Source of the DNA: Caulobacter virus Magneto | Reading direction: 5' to 3' (one strand) | Sequence record: JX100812.1 | DNA: 24,000 nucleotides | Shown here: positions 22,118 through 24,000 of the stretch, piece by piece | Layout: the number at the start of each line of letters is the position of its first letter | Position numbering within the stretch: position 1 is the stretch's first letter | Notes under the pieces: generated by a model | Told to the model about the DNA's origin: nothing | Seen by the model: the letters and a program-made list of their open reading frames with translations, nothing else | The model's database searches: none | Position numbers and translations under genes: made by a program

Positions 22118-24000
22118 TTAGCTGAACGCCAGGGTGAGCGGGATGGCCTTGATCAGGCCCGGCAGGGCCTTGATGCAGGCGGTGATCTGCGCCTCGGTCG
22201 AGGCGTGGTTCATCATGTCCAGGTACTTCCGGACCGGGTGGTTGTAGTGCTTGTAGACCTTCTGGTGGCCCTCTTCGATGATCTGGATCGTCTTGCTCTT
22301 GGGCGGGGCCTTGTAGGAGCCGTTCTCCTCATAGAGCGACTTCAGGTAGGAGCGCTCACGCTCGGTCCATTCGGCGATGTTCGCCGCCAGGAACGGCTTG
22401 AGCGCCACGAAGAAGGCCGCCAGCGGCGAGGAGGTCATGCGGCCCAGGGCGTCGTATTCCGCCGGGCAGTGCTTGACCGCGCGGGTGAAGAACCCGAAGG
22501 CCGTCGACGAGGAGGAGAACTTCCCCAGCAGGTTGACGCACTCGTCGAGCGCGATCTTGTGCTTGGCTTGCAGGGCCGCGTCCACGGCCGCGCGCAGCGA
22601 CGGGATGTTGGCCTCCTCGACGTGCTTCTGGGCGGTCGGCGAGGCGATGTAGATGTGCTTGATCCCGAACTTGTTGGCCACCACGAAGGTGTCCTCGGGC
22701 TTCTTGCGGTACTGGTCCGACGAGACCCAGGCCACGCCGCCATCGAGATTGGTCTCGACCTCGACCACCGCCCGCTGCTCGCCCGCCCGCTTGGCCAGGG
22801 CCAGACCCCGGATCGGCGGAGTGTAGACCGCCTGCGGCTTCTTGCCCTCGACCCGGCGCGGCACGACGCCGCGCAGGTCGTCGATGTCGACCTCGACGAA
22901 CTTGGCCTTCGGCAGGGCGCATTTCCAGAACTTGGCGGGCTTGTCGAACGCCAGCAGGAAGTCGCCGGACTTCACCTTCAGCTTTTCTTCCAGATAGAGG
23001 CGGAAGAGCCGGGCCAGACGGCGGGTCTCGCTCTGGCTGAACTCGCTCTGTGTCGAGGCGTCGCGCGAGGGGTCCATCAGGTCGGAGACGTCGCGGATCA
23101 CGTAGAAGGTGCGCTCGGCGTCATTGTCGAGCGACAGGGTCTTCTCGATGCGGTAGCCCCAGCGCTCACGGTACTGGTCGAACGTGGCCTTGTAGATGCA
23201 CGACACGCCAGAGAAGGAGATGCTGGCGGTGGTCAGGCCCGTCGCCGGATGGGTCACCGACTTGTTGAGGAACTGCGGCTTGAGCTTGTTGTAGGTCTTG
23301 AAGAACTCGACCACCGGCTCGATGTCCTTGACCTTGTCCCAGATCACCATCTCGACCTCGGTGGTGATCTCGCCGATCTTCTTGATCAGGGCCTCGACCG
23401 CGTCGGGCTTGTACTGAATCTCTTCCCGCGACGGGATCGGCTCCACCGTGCCGATCGGCACCGTGATCAGCCATTTGCGGCCCATGTCATGCGGCAGCGT
23501 CAGCCCGCCCTTGTTGGCCAGCGGATAGATCACGCAGCCCTGGCGCACGTTCCAGACCGAGGGCAGGGCCGAATTCTCGTAGGCCGCCCAGGTGCCGTCG
23601 GCGGCCTCGAACTGCGGGGTCCCCAGGCCCTGGCCCAGGTCGATGTTGGTGTCGAACATCGGCGAGTAGCCGAGCGCGACGTTGCGGATCGCCTTCTCGA
23701 AGGCGGGGAAGTCCTTGGCCGCCACGCCGACCGTGACGCGCACCCCGACCGGCTCGGCGCACTCCTCGGTGCCCTGGAGCATGATCCGGGGCCGGCCGCC
23801 CTCGCCGATCGCGGCGGTATAGTGACGCACCACGTCGCCGTCATAGCAGGACACCGAGAACTGGCTGGTGTAGGCGAACGGGCTCTTGGAGCCCAGGCCG
23901 AAGGCGCCGACCAGATCGTCGGTCTGGTCCTTGTCCGACTCGAACAGCGTCGAGTAGAGGAACATCACCTTCTCGTGGCTCATGCCGACGCCATAGTCGC
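22118..24000 (-). CDS. rIIA: rIIA-like GHKL-ATPase-fold protein (partial; N-terminus beyond window)
   Basis: 621 aa in track, but the frame stays open upstream reading ...DYGVG-MSHEKVMFLYSTLFESDKDQTDDLVGAFGLGSKSPFAYT; DxGxG is the Bergerat G1 motif so ATG at 23983 is internal. Confidence 0.88.
   Translation of the reverse strand, partial: DYGVGMSHEKVMFLYSTLFESDKDQTDDLVGAFGLGSKSPFAYTSQFSVSCYDGDVVRHYTAAIGEGGRPRIMLQGTEECAEPVGVRVTVGVAAKDFPAFEKAIRNVALGYSPMFDTNIDLGQGLGTPQFEAADGTWAAYENSALPSVWNVRQGCVIYPLANKGGLTLPHDMGRKWLITVPIGTVEPIPSREEIQYKPDAVEALIKKIGEITTEVEMVIWDKVKDIEPVVEFFKTYNKLKPQFLNKSVTHPATGLTTASISFSGVSCIYKATFDQYRERWGYRIEKTLSLDNDAERTFYVIRDVSDLMDPSRDASTQSEFSQSETRRLARLFRLYLEEKLKVKSGDFLLAFDKPAKFWKCALPKAKFVEVDIDDLRGVVPRRVEGKKPQAVYTPPIRGLALAKRAGEQRAVVEVETNLDGGVAWVSSDQYRKKPEDTFVVANKFGIKHIYIASPTAQKHVEEANIPSLRAAVDAALQAKHKIALDECVNLLGKFSSSSTAFGFFTRAVKHCPAEYDALGRMTSSPLAAFFVALKPFLAANIAEWTERERSYLKSLYEENGSYKAPPKSKTIQIIEEGHQKVYKHYNHPVRKYLDMMNHASTEAQITACIKALPGLIKAIPLTLAFS

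Noticed and set aside
1-24000. CRISPR array or transposon/IS element
   Set aside because: No regularly spaced identical repeats with unique spacers, no transposase-like ORF or paired terminal repeats were seen; the Cas4-like nuclease is better explained as replication/recombination machinery.

Overview
This 24 kb, high-GC window looks like the replication / nucleotide metabolism / RNA-gene region of a large tailed phage. Gene content and style suggest a phiCbK-like Caulobacter siphophage (inference; no database search possible). Nearly all protein genes are on the minus strand with tight TGATG/GTGA overlaps: a dNMP-kinase-like P-loop protein, Dda/RecD-like helicase, a protein with a long charged RD/RE tail, Cas4/RecB-type nuclease, DEDDh exonuclease, family A DNA polymerase, C5-cytosine methyltransferase, HTH + metallophosphoesterase, NPPY-type N6 methyltransferase, SNF2-like helicase, HhH-GPD glycosylase, and rIIB-like and rIIA-like proteins. 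The standout is the ~3.2 kb non-coding interval (about 12.3-15.45 kb). It holds four tRNAs, several unusual (class II tRNA with GCA anticodon, class II tRNA with CAU anticodon, initiator-like tRNA-Met, poorly paired tRNA-Lys), and what reads convincingly as a phage-encoded, circularly permuted (two-piece) tmRNA. The tmRNA has a CCA-ended acceptor piece, an intervening segment closed by an 11-bp helix, a 5' piece starting GGGGGCGA, and a tag frame ADNDNDVVAFASAREAIAA followed by tandem stops. The same interval has a 24-bp imperfect inverted repeat enclosing 88 nt, a diverged repeated element, and many GCAA-capped hairpins. Upstream of several operons there is a recurring promoter-like element (TGTCAAGATTCACGACAT near GTTAAC) that contains GANTC sites.
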